Below are positions 24,220-36,251 of a DNA stretch of 64,000 bases, one piece after another (the stretch's first letter is position 1; each line of letters starts with the position of its first letter). The notes below the pieces were generated by a model. The model did no database searches and was not told the origin of the DNA. It worked only from the letters and a program-made list of their open reading frames with translations. The DNA is from Lama glama (Eukaryota). The position numbers and the translations under genes are program-made. The stretch is from the NCBI GenBank assembly GCA_028534125.1, contig CM052837.1, forward strand, positions 14,694,001 through 14,758,000, given 5' to 3'.

Positions 24220-27200
24220 TGCATTTATTTACTGTCTCCCTGCATTAGAATAAAAGCTCTCTCAAAGTAGAGACTGTTTCATTCACTGCTATAGAGCCTA
24301 AAACAAAAATAGTACTTAACATGTAAGAAATACTCAAAGATTTGAAAGCATGAACACATCCAGGCCTGATGGCCAGCTGGGTGTGCAAGGCCAGCAGTGT
24401 ACTTTCTCCCAGGCTCAATGGGCTCCATCTAGAGGAAGATGGGAGAGGAAGGAAAAAAGACAGTTTTCCTAACATAAATCCAAACGGCTTCCTGGCACAG
24501 AGACACTATTAGATCCTTACGCACTACATACCCAGAAACGCTGGGCACTGTCTTCTGCCTCCTTCCACTGCTGCCGTTTCCACTCCACAGGGCCTGGCTT
24601 CCTCGCCACCTCACACTTAGCCTCAAGGCAGCTGACCACGAGCGGCCGCTGCCTCCTCCTCCGCCACTCTCATGCCCCCACCACGAATTACATAATCAGT
24701 CTGAGTTTGTACCTATTTTTACCATTTTTCATCCCTTTGAGCAGAAACACTTTCCATTCTCTTTAGCAGGTCTCCCCATGTAAAGGTCAACCCTGTTACA
24801 TATGCTCTGGATTACATCTATTATCGTCACCTCAAAGACTTGTCTCCCTGACTTCATTTACTGTCCTCCAGCCACCAACAGCCAGCCCCACGTCTCTCTC
24901 CACAGTGACTTCCCACAAGACTTGCCTTACAGAACAACTGCTTTCTCTAACCCCTTACCTCTGGGGATGCGATCTATTTTGCTCTGACGTCTACCCACAG
25001 TGCTCCATTTAAACTGCTGGTCAATGACACCAACAAATGGGATATTGTCAAAGCCAATGGAAACATTCCCACTGTCATCTGATTCAACCTCTTGGCAGCA
25101 TTCATCCAGAAAAATATTTATGGACCAGCAACCGTAGGCCAGGCACTGTTCTAGATGCTGGGAGTACAGACGTGATCAAGCAGGCAAGTGACAGGGAGCC
25201 TACACTCTGGGGGAAGTAAGGGAAAACTGCTCATAAACAAGTAAACCATTTCAGACAGGGACAAGTGACGTGAAGAAAAGAAGTGTAAGGGGATAGAGAG
25301 TGATGATTTTTGGGGAGGGGGCAGTGGTTGGCTACTTTAGAGTAGTTTGGGAAGGCCTGAAGTGGTTATACTGGGCAGAGGTCTAAATAATGTGAAGAAG
25401 TGCACCACACAAAGATCTGTGCAAAGAGCTTTCTAGGCACAGGGAACAAGCGTAAGAATCCTTTGGCGATTGGTGGGTTCAAGAAATAGCACAAAGACCA
25501 GTTTTGGTACAAGACGTGGCTGGAGAGGTGGGCAGGAGCCAGGAGACCTAGGGCTTTGTAGGCCATGGTAATGAGTATGGATTTAATTCTGAATGTGATG
25601 AGAAACACTATGTGATTGGAGGTCTTTGAACAGGGGAGAGATAACTGGATTTACATTCTTTTAAAAGATCAGCTAGTTAAACTGACTCATAAGCAGCAGT
25701 CATGAGGTAGGAGGTAATCCAGCAGAATGTGGGGTCATGCAAGCCAAGCACAGAGTTTTTCAAAGAGGGAGTAATCAACTCAATCAAATGCTACCAACAG
25801 ATTAGGTAGGATGAAGACAGAGAAGTGAAACTGGCTTTGACAAGAGGGCAGCTACTGGCAACCTTTTCTGGAGTGGTTTCAGTTAGGCAGTTGGGGAGAA
25901 AACCAATGGAGTAAAATAAAGATGAAAAGAGGAGACAGGGAGATACCGGTTCCTTATTTGAAGTGAGGACTTTTACCATCAAGAGATGCAGAGAAAAGCA
26001 TCAGTTGGAGGGAGATGTGGGGTGGAAAGTTTGTTTGTTTTATTTAAAGAGACGGGAGATATTATACTATGCTTCTTTGCTGACGGCAATTCTCACATTA
26101 AAATGAACATTCAAATTGGCTGACTACTCCCTCCTCTTTGAAGAACTTTCCTCTTTCCACAACAAAGCGCTCTTCTGGTTTTCCTTCTATTTCCTGGCTG
26201 CTCTGTATGATTTTCCCTCACTAGCTGTTTCTCTTCTAAAAGCAGATCTCTAAATGCCCGACTTCCTCAGGGCTCTGTCTCGGCACTCTTCTCTATACTC
26301 TATCTAGTTGATCAGATCAGGCTGCAAGCTCCAACAATATGCTAGCAATTTCCACATTTGCATTGTTTGGTCAGACCTCTCTCTGAACTTTCTCTTCTGA
26401 GCCTATAATATCATCTCCACTTTAAATTTCACAGGCAATGCAAACTTCCTGGGTCTAAAAAAGTTTCTCTCACCACTCAGCAGCTAGCATTGTCATCTAC
26501 CCACCCTGTCACTCAAGTAAGAAATGTGGAAATGCCCTTAATTTCTTCCTCATGCTTATCTCCTACATCCAACCCAGCTGCAAGTAGTATGTTTTAGGGC
26601 TAAAACCAACACCTCAAATTTGTCTGCCCGTTTTTCCATTCTGTTGCCATCACTCTAGTCTAAATCTGTGTCCTCTCTCATCTGAATCACACTAAGCCTC
26701 TGTCCCCTGCCAGTCCATTTTCCACAAACAGGCAGAGTGATCTCCAAGAAAGCAAATCAGATCATGTTCCCCTCTTACAACCGTTCGATGGTTTCCAAGC
26801 CTTTAGAATGAAATCTAATATCCTTACCCTGGCCAGTAACAACCTCCGCATTTAGCCCCTGCTTTCTCTCTCTCCTCCTACTCTTCCCTTGTTCACTAAA
26901 CTTCAGCCATTGGCATCCTTCCGTGCTGAATTCACTCTTTCCTTGGGCCTCTGAACATGTTATTCCTGCTGCTGTTATATAGCCTCCCTCCATCCTTTGC
27001 CTGGCTAATTCCTGGTCACCCAGTGTTCACTCATTTCAAGTGTACTCTTCCCAGAGAGGTCTTTCCTGACTTAAAACTAAGTTATGACCCTAAGTCTCAG
27101 CTTCCTTATCTCTAAAATTAGTTACTCTAAAGATTAAATGAGATCATCCACATAAAGTTCCTGGCACAGTAACTTGCACATATTATGTAAGCAGTCAGTG

Positions 27201-27450
27201 TTAGTTATTATTTTCTTTATTAGGTTCACAGAACACTCTATTATTTCCCTTGATAATACCTCTCACACTCGGTAATGATATATTTTTGAGTATAGTTGAT
27301 TAATGAGTGTCTCTCCTTTTATATCATAAATTCCACATAGGCAAGGATTACATATCTGCTTTGTTTCTCACCATACACCCAACACCTAGCACAGAATTTC
27401 ACACATAGTGAGCACTAAACAAACACTGGACTACACTGAGTGAATGAATA
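24220..27450. mobile_element. L2 cluster (+ 24220-25100, - 25100-26090, + 26100-27450) with MIR ~27090-27220
   Basis: Several L2 3' termini and core motifs in both orientations; MIR core agtctcagcttccttatctctaaaat. Confidence 0.65.
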
Positions 27451-28135
27451 AAAGAATCGATGATTTCTTGCTAAATATGTCTTTGTTAAATGCCAATCAC
27501 AGAGGGCTGTATACTAGGTATTAAAAGAAGGTAATTCGAGAAATCTGGCTCAAGACAGGATAGTGGGCTGAATCCATAACTGTATTTCTTTCTCTTCCCA
27601 AAAGGACATTGAAATGACAGAAGAACTATAAAAATACTAATGAAATGAAAAGCACGTCTGGAAGGCAGCAAAGGATGGCATGAGTAGACCAGAAACTTTG
27701 AGGGACAAAGCAGATGGGACTGGAGTGCTGAAGAGATCAATCAGAGCTGAAGGACCTCCAGCTGAAGGCAAGTACTAGTTCTGCCAGCCTGAGCCTCGAA
27801 ACACCTCAAGTTCAGAGTCAGCCGGGACTGGGGATGAAAGCAGGCCTCGGGGTAGCAGGATATTTAACCAAAGGCTCGCCAACCGGGGCCAGTGCACCCA
27901 CAGGCTGAGCAACAAGCTGTGGTGTCTCATCAGACTCAGTGGGGAAAATAGCACTCTGCACAGAGTGGAGCTGTGCTGATGGCTTCTGTATTTTAAAAAA
28001 TACAAGCTGCATGTATACTTTGTAATGGAAAACTTTCACATTTACACAGGAGTAAAGAGAACAGTACAGTAAATCCCCGTGTACTTATTTCACTCTAACA
28101 GCAACAGTGTAACCGAGTTTTTCTTTTATCTATAC

Positions 28136-28323
28136 CAGAGTTTCTCAACCTCACACTAAGGACATTGCAGGGAACTGTCGTGTGCCCCGTAGGATGTTTA
28201 ACAATGTCCCTGGCTTCTAGCTACTAGATGCCAGTAGCAAACCCTCAACTGAGGACCAAAATCACCTCCAGACATTGTCAAATGTTTTCTGGGGGCAAAA
28301 TCACCCTGAGTTGAGAACCACTG
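28136..28323 (+). mobile_element. MER20-like hAT MITE
   Basis: TIRs cagagtttctcaacc ... gttgagaaccactg; internal ctactagatgccagtagca. Confidence 0.8.
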
Positions 28324-28374
28324 ATTGGTCTACTCCGCAATTTGTGCAAGAAGACACTGCATCAATTTTTTTTT

Positions 28375-29150
28375 AAATGAGGAGCAATCTCACACCTATT
28401 AGGACAGCTACTAAAAATNNNNNNNNNNNNNNNNNNNNNNNNNNNNNNNNNNNNNNNNNNNNNNNNNNNNNNNNNNNNNNNNNNNNNNNNNNNNNNNNNN
28501 NNNNNNNNNNNNNNNNNNNNNNNNNNNNNNNNNNNNNNNNNNNNNNNNNNNNNNNNNNNNNNNNNNNNNNNNNNNNNNNNNNNNNNNNNNNNNNNNNNNN
28601 NNNNNNNNNNNNNNNNNNNNNNNNNNNNNNNNNNNNNNNNNNNNNNNNNNNNNNNNNNNNNNNNNNNNNNNNNNNNNNNNNNNNNNNNNNNNNNNNNNNN
28701 NNNNNNNNNNNNNNNNNNNNNNNNNNNNNNNNNNNNNNNNNNNNNNNNNNNNNNNNNNNNNNNNNNNNNNNNNNNNNNNNNNNNNNNNNNNNNNNNNNNN
28801 NNNNNNNNNNNNNNNNNNNNNNNNNNNNNNNNNNNNNNNNNNNNNNNTCAGAAAGTTTAAGGTGTACAGTATAACGATCTGACTTACATACATCACAGTA
28901 AGTTTAGAGAACATCCATGATCTGACATAGATACGAAATTAAATAAATAGAAACAAACTGTTTCCTTGTGATGAGAACTCACACAACTTAGGATTTACTC
29001 TCTTAACCTTCACATTTAACAGACAGCAGTGTTAATCATATTTATCATGTTGTACACTACAGCCCTAGAACTTATTTATCCTCTCCCCACCCCCTGCCTC
29101 TGGTAACCACAAATCTGATCTCTTTTTCTATGAATTTGTTTGTTGGAAAA
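28375..29150. mobile_element. L1 pieces flanking an N-run (+ strand ORF2 end on the left, - strand L1MA 3' end on the right)
   Basis: tctcacacctattaggacagctact before the gap; cctctggtaaccacaaatctgatctc after it. Confidence 0.65.
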
Positions 29151-30739
29151 ACAACATTTTAAGTTCCCCAAGCTTTCATGTCAAAACAGTCCTCTATCAT
29201 AATAAAGTCTGATTTTACCTCCTGACATCTGAATTACACTCACGTCTTTGATGTGGTTAAAGACAATGCAGATAGTAAAGATGTCCCTACATCTGCGTGA
29301 AGGAAGGAGTCACAGATCTATTAAGCAAACAGGAGGGAATTTACAGCTCCCGGTGTCAAATCTCAGGCTTAGAGTCAGGCTCAGGATGAAGTCACCCTCC
29401 GAGGGCTTCTCCTAAAGTGGACAGACTCGTCATCTCATTGTGCTTAGCCTTGTCGTCTCAGGGCCCTCTGGAGTGGTGGCGACGTATGATGCAGGCAAGG
29501 CAGGAACAGTGACCCATTCCTGCTGCCCCCACTCCCAGGCCCCACTCACCAATGATCCATTCTAACAGAAGTTCACTTCCTAGACTCAGGCCAGGGGGTA
29601 GCATTTTAAAAGTACTAAAATGGTGTTCTGGTACAACATTTGTCTATTTGCTTATATCCCTTTTCCAAGAAAACAAAGGGTTACATTATTCTAAGGGCTC
29701 ACATGTAGACAAGTGTGTCACCCAAGGACGCAGACATATCTTGATCAACTGCAAAAATAATCAATGAAGTAAAAGTCATACTCCGCTAGCCTCAATTCCT
29801 AAAGCTATTTTTGGTCTTGTCTCTACACTTTTTGATAGAAGTATTTATCAACTCTCAGAGGCAGAGCTGTAATGTTTTAAGCACTTCCTTGTAAGCTGTT
29901 AAGTGGTCTAAAAACAGCAAAAGTCATCAATTTCCTCAAGAACCCCAAACCTCTGGGCTGAACCCAATCACTGTTGTCTTGGGCCAAATTACCATTTTTT
30001 TATGCCCATCCATCTTCCCTAGGGCCTCAGGAGTTATCTTTCTAAAACAAAAATCTGACCATGCCACTTCCTTCTTAACATCAGCAGGTGACTCCCGAGC
30101 TCAATGACTGCCGCTGAGGCTGCCTCTGACCACTTCCCACCTCAAGCACATCAACTGTGTACAGCTCCTCAAACTCATGACTTGCTCTTTCATGTTTCCT
30201 TTACTTTGACCCTATCCAGTGCATCTTCATTTCCCTTACTATATTGACTTAAACTGCCCCAAACTCGCCTTCACGCCTCCTTCCAATTCCCCAGGTATAA
30301 TGAGTCTTTTAAGCTCTCCTCAAGGCACTTTGTATGGTATATCCAACAGAACATAGCTGTGTGGACTTTGATTCTTGGTGTTCACATGTTTCTTCCCCGA
30401 GACAGGGAACCTTTCTGTTTTTTTCTTTCTGGACTCCTTAGCACCGAATAGGTGCTGAATGAATACATTATTAAAGGTACTTAGGGAAAGCCATCATAAG
30501 TGGAGTTTATATAATAATGTCATTTACTACGATAATCCCCAAATAGCTCTTCAATGAGAATGTCAACCCCTTTCTAGACTCCAACTCTAGCAAAGTACTG
30601 AAGGAGAAAGCCAGGGACAGCAGGTGACCTGAGAGCTGAGAAACTTTAAGGTGCAGTACAATGTTTATCCTGCCTGGTTCTACAACCCTATAGCTTTTGA
30701 GGACTCCTTCTTCACAAATATTAAGAGGGTACTACTCTA

Positions 30740-31313
30740 CCTGCACCGCNNNNNNNNNNNNNNNNNNNNNNNNNNNNNNNNNNNNNNNNNNNNNNNNNNN
30801 NNNNNNNNNNNNNNNNNNNNNNNNNNNNNNNNNNNNNNNNNNNNNNNNNNNNNNNNNNNNNNNNNNNNNNNNNNNNNNNNNNNNNNNNNNNGCAGCAACA
30901 TGGATGTCCCTGGAGAATGTCATTCTAAGTGAAATAAGCCAGAAAGAGAAAGAAAAATACCACATGAGATCGCTCATATGTGGAACAACAACAACAACAA
31001 CGAAAACATAAATACAAAACAGAAACAGACTCATAGACGTAGAATACAAACTTGTGGTTGCCAAGGGGGTGGGGGTGGGAAGCGACAGACTGGGAGTTCA
31101 AAATTTGTAGATACTGACAGGCATATGCAGAATAGATAAGTAAGATTATACTGTATAGCACAGGGAAATATGTACAATATCCTGTGGTAGTTCACAGCAA
31201 AAAAAAAATGTGACAATGAATATATGTATGTTCATGTATAAAAAATTGTGCTCTAAACTGGAATTTGACACAACACTGTAAAATGACTATAACTCAATAA
31301 AAAATGTTAAAAA
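30740..31313 (+). mobile_element. Young lineage-specific L1 3' end with TSD
   Basis: 17-bp TSD aagagggtacta(c/t)tcta at 30723 and 31314; intact 3'UTR, aataaa and A-tail. Confidence 0.9.
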
Positions 31314-31689
31314 AAGAGGGTACTATTCTAGAATTTTTAATAAACCCAGATATACAAATGATCACATCTAAAATAAAGTGGGATCAGAACAGCTTTATCC
31401 TATGTTCTTGCTATGTAACAAATGCTAGTTATAAGGTCTTCATGTGAAAATTGTAATTTGGAAAACTGTTATAATGAAAAGTAGGATGAGACACATTTAC
31501 GCAGAATTTTGTTTAAAAGGTACAGGGGCAGAGGGTGAGCTGATGTCTACAACTGTGGTAGTTAAGCTACAAGATAACCCTGCCCTGGGAGGCCTACAGT
31601 GCCCTTTCCCACACGTTCCAGCTGAATGACTGAGATCACTGACCACCTCAGTCTCCTACCTAATCAACAATGACAGTCAGAGAGGTGGT

Positions 31690-31930
31690 GGGAGGTGCTT
31701 AGCAATTGCTTCATGCCCACCTAACACTAGGCCAAGCACTAGTTCAGAGCTACTTCATTCCTCACAACAACCCTATGAAGGAAATTTGCTCCCATTCTAC
31801 TTTGCAGATGGCACAGAGAGGCACAGGGAATTAAATATCTACCCCGCCCTGCTGGTCAGTGGTAGAGCCAACACACAAACTCAGATGGTCTCGCACCAGA
31901 GCCCAGTTTTAACCACTGAATATACTACCT
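31690..31930 (-). mobile_element. MIR SINE
   Basis: cctcacaacaaccctatgaagg...tttgcagatggcacagagaggcacag. Confidence 0.7.
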
Positions 31931-32569
31931 CCCCAAATATTCCACTATGCCCCTCACTTCCCCGGCCTTAATACATGTATCAAAATCATTCAACAGCGTT
32001 TTCTTTGATGGGGAACTCTACTCATGAATGGGAGCATGCATCACTATTTTGCTCAAACTTCACTGGAACAACAGTAGACGTTACAGATTCTCCTTCAGGA
32101 CCGAAGAGTCTACCTGTCCAGATGCTGGGAGGGTTAATGGCTAACAGCTCTCAGTCAAGTTCTTCCCTAGGAACTGCCCTTGGCCTGAGAGAGTAACCAA
32201 GCCCAGGAGAAAGGTTCCCCTCACCCCAGTCCACCTCCAGAGCTTCCTGTGGGATTAGCTGATGCCATTGCTGCTTTCGCTCTAACTGTATGGCATCTCA
32301 TTACCTCCCTCCATCCAGTTCTACTGCCTTCATCTTCATTGCCTCAAAGGTGCTGCATGAGAATCTTTGTCTCAGAGTCTGTTTCCCCTAGAACAAAACT
32401 AATAGAACTGAGATGTAAAACTAGTGAAGACTAAATGACTGGAGAGTATGCTCATGACTACTGACTTCATGGTGAAGAGTACTTGGTAGATAATGCCAGA
32501 ACTGGATTTAATACATTACTATATGTTACAGAAATCACCCAAATTAACACCAGTAAAATTTTAAACGAA

Positions 32570-32850
32570 AACTTGGTTACAAAAGGACAAATATTGTACG
32601 ATTCCATTTAAATTCTATCCCATATAGAACAGAAAAATTTAGAGACATAAAGTAGAACACTGGTTATCAGGGGCTGGAGGAAGGAGACATGAGGAGTTAC
32701 TGCTTAATGGTTTACAGAGTTTTAGCTAGGGATGATTAAAAAATTCTGGAAATAGATGGTGCTGATGTGGTTGCACAATAATGTGAATGTACTTAATGGC
32801 CCTGAACTGTGTGGTTAAAATGGTAAATTTTACGTTATTTATATTTTTCA
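32570..32850 (+). mobile_element. L1MB 3' end
   Basis: ttctggaaatagatggtgctgatgtggttgcacaataatgtgaatgtacttaatg. Confidence 0.75.
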
Positions 32851-34391
32851 AAATTAGGAAAAGACTGGCTCTACTAAAATAATTTGGAATGCATTTCAAA
32901 TTTATAGCCCTTAATTCATCTGGATAAGACATCATCTGCTTAGAAAACACATTATAATGCAAATGTTTCAAAACAATAGCCTCACTTCTCAAAAGGCACT
33001 TGGCTTTAAAATTAGAATATGAACCAAAATTTACAGCGATACTTCTAAATATATGCTCTGGTATAATCATCATCACACATGAGGCTTTAGAGACTGCTGA
33101 GAATATGGATGCCTCTTTATTTTCCTGTTTGATCAAAGGCATTTATACAAAATTATTTTGTAAACTTAAAAAGATTTATTATATTAGTATGTCACAATTA
33201 ATAATAATCTAAATAATAGTAAGTAATTTATTTCTTTTTAATCATAATATTGAAGCTACTCAAACCCATATTAGTTACCTAGGTAAAACAGGGAAAATAT
33301 ATAAGTATATATATAAATCTATTAAATTCTACATTTGATAGTCAGAATCTGGTAAGTGAACGTGATCTGCAAGGATGCTACATTAATCAAATCTAGTTCC
33401 TGAGTTTAAGAAAGTGAGAGCTGGAACGTCCAGGGAAACCTGTACACAGCGTAACACCTCACTGTTCCTCACCAAGTGGCACACAGTGGCAGATGGACAA
33501 AATATAAAGAGTTAGCGTACCTACTTCTCTTTTTTATTTTTAATCTTTTAAAATTAAAGAGCAGTTGCTGTACAGAGTATCTCCTTTTCTGATTCAAATG
33601 TTCCCTATTTAATGGGACTTTATAAACCTTCAAGTGTACCATTACTTATGCAGGAAAAATTGTGCATGGTTAAGTACTGGAATAAGAAAAAGAATCTCAA
33701 AAAGTCTGACTTGATAAAATAGGAAATCAAAATGAGAAAAATTGCTTCACAGATTTAACATTTTCCAAGCTCAAATGCAATGACCAGTTCTTAGCTGGTT
33801 AGATGATCTACCTTTCTTACAATCTTTGTTGGTAGCTTTACCGTTATCCTAAGCAAAATGTGCTGCTGGCTACACATGAGTACCTGTCTGCTCTATTCTC
33901 CTGTGACCAGGGATTCAGCGGTCCTGCCTATCAGACCACCGACGCAGCATCTCCAGCCACAGGGACTTTACGCTAGAGGGCCAAAAATCCATATAAAGTG
34001 ACAAAAGGTTGACATTTTACAGACTGAGGAAAAAACAACACAAAGTTAGGATGTTTAATGGTAACTAGGGCCTAGAAATTAGAAATTAACGATGGCATAG
34101 AAATTATGGCCTAGTATCACCAAAGAGTAATATTAACAAGGTAGCGTGATAAAGTAAGATACAACTGTTTATGGTATATCACAGATTTTAGAATTTGTAA
34201 TCTACATTTAAAAACATAATGAATACTTGTTTCTTTTATTCTTCTCCATGATGTTAATATGTAAACAACTTAAGGAAGAGCAAACACACAACAGCCAAAG
34301 ATGCACAAGGTTACCACAGACTGTGAGCAGAGGAAACACAACAGATGTTGTCACTGTGAAAAGGACAACAGGCATAAGGTGAATGGCTCAC

Positions 34392-34418
34392 CTCTTCTGT
34401 CCTTCGAGTCAGAATTAC
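34392..34418 (-). CDS. PTPRA: PTPRA 27-nt alternative microexon (GNSDSKDRR insert of the long isoform)
   Basis: ttacgcag|GTAATTCTGACTCGAAGGACAGAAGAG|gtgagc. Frame-preserving; the peptide equals the known 9-aa PTPRA insert. Confidence 0.93.
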
Positions 34419-35010
34419 CTGCGTAATAAGTAAAAAATAGAAACATTCACTCAGATTAAAGAAAAACATTATTGTTCAATCAAAGGCAAGACAAAATAAG
34501 CTCTAGGAATATGGATATTTTCCCCTTTGTATGTGTTGGAGCTAAAATGAAGTACCCTCCAACAACTAGGAAACAAGCCTGCCTAGATTCACTAACTTTT
34601 ACCAGTGGTTGGTCCTTCTCCGAGTCTAAAAACAAGGCAGCATCAATATTCACAAAAAGTACAGGAACACAAAGAGAAGTCTAAACACAGTGATACTTGC
34701 GGTCTTCATATTTTTTAGGCCATTAAAATGCAACAGGGCAAGATTAAGTTAAAAATACAAAAGACCAAAACGATAATAGATAATACACTCTAACTGGTAC
34801 AGAGCAAACTCTATATACTAAAAGAGAGAAACTTTACAAAGGATTATAGAATATCCATAAACCCTTATAAATTCCTTGTAGCAAAAACAATACAGACAAT
34901 ATTCTTTTATCATGATGCAATAAAACTAGAAATCAACAAGGTAAGAAAACAGTTGAAAATTACAGTCATAACCAAACTGCAAAATACCTTAAAAAAGAAC
35001 AAATCACACT

Positions 35011-35523
35011 TGTGGCAGAATCTACCAACTCTCCCCCAATATCTGTCTCCTCTTCTTGCCTTTGGTATAGAACCACCCTCACCCTTTTTTAAGCCGTGCA
35101 CAAAGCTGTCCAGTTAGAGGCTACACTTCTGAGATTCTAGGTGTAGTCATATGAAGAATTCCAGTCAATGGCATATGAGCAAAAGTGATGAGAGTAACTT
35201 TCAGGTAACATTCTTTGGAAAAGAAATCATACCTATTTTCTCTGTCCCTCTTTCCCAGGGGCTAGAACCAGAACCCAATGATGAGAGCCATCTCTGACCA
35301 GGCAAATGAGGGCAACCATCAGGATGGCAAAACAAAACAAAACAAACAAAACAAACCAAAACAACAAAAACCCAACTTGGTCTCTAATGAGCAAAGCTCC
35401 CTGTCTACCCCTGGAATGTGAAAGTTGGGGAGAAAGACACTTTTGTGTCTTCAGTGATTTAAGTGGTCAACGAATTTTGGTATGTCTTTGTCAGAGCAGC
35501 TTAGACCAACCCTAACAAATACA
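35011..35523 (+). mobile_element. ERVL solo LTR (LTR16-like) nested in L1
   Basis: Starts tgtggcag, ends cctaacaaataca; internal ctaggtgtagtcatatgaagaattccagtcaatgg. Confidence 0.6.
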
Positions 35524-36118
35524 ACTACCTATAGGAACATTTATGGGATATGGCTAAAGCTGTGCTTATAAAAAAAACTGTAGCATTGAATACATATTAA
35601 TTAAGAATGAAAATAAATGAAGTTTTCAGTTGAGGAAGACAGAAAAAGTACAAAATAAGTCTGAGAAAACAAGAAGAAAGAATAAAAGAAACTAAGGAAA
35701 TAAAAACTGAAAAATGACAGAACTCATAAATATACAATAGCAGGTTCTTTGGAAGAAAAAAGTAACAAATCATGAAATAGATATATGGTTAGTCAACCTA
35801 AATAGGAAAAAAACCCTTAAATATATAAAATCAGAAATATTCATAGCTTTGTAAGAAATTAACCCTAGGGGATGACTTTTCCTCAATTCCATTTAGGTAA
35901 GTTTGAAAACCTGAACAAAAAGCAATTTTCTAGGCAAACTTCAATTCTTCCTATGAAGCAAAACAAAATACTGACAAAATTTATTGACAACAGCATACAT
36001 ACAAAGGAAACACACATACCAATCACATTTAGAAATAACTTATGAATGTCAATGGAAAAATTCAAAATAAAATAATATCAAACAAATTGCAACAGTTCTT
36101 TCAGGAAAAATACAGGAC

Positions 36119-36251
36119 TGAGGGAGGGTGTGGCTCAGTGGTAGAGTACATGGCTGGCATGCAGGAGGTCCTGGGTTCAATCCCTAGTACCTCCATTATG
36201 AAATAAATAAATCTAATTACCCTCCCCAAAGAAAACAAAACAAAACAAAAC
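36119..36251 (+). mobile_element. tRNA-derived camelid SINE (Vic-1-like)
   Basis: A box tggctcagtgg, B box gggttcaatccc, (CAAAA)n tail, 12-bp TSD aaaatacaggac (36107, 36252). Confidence 0.88.
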
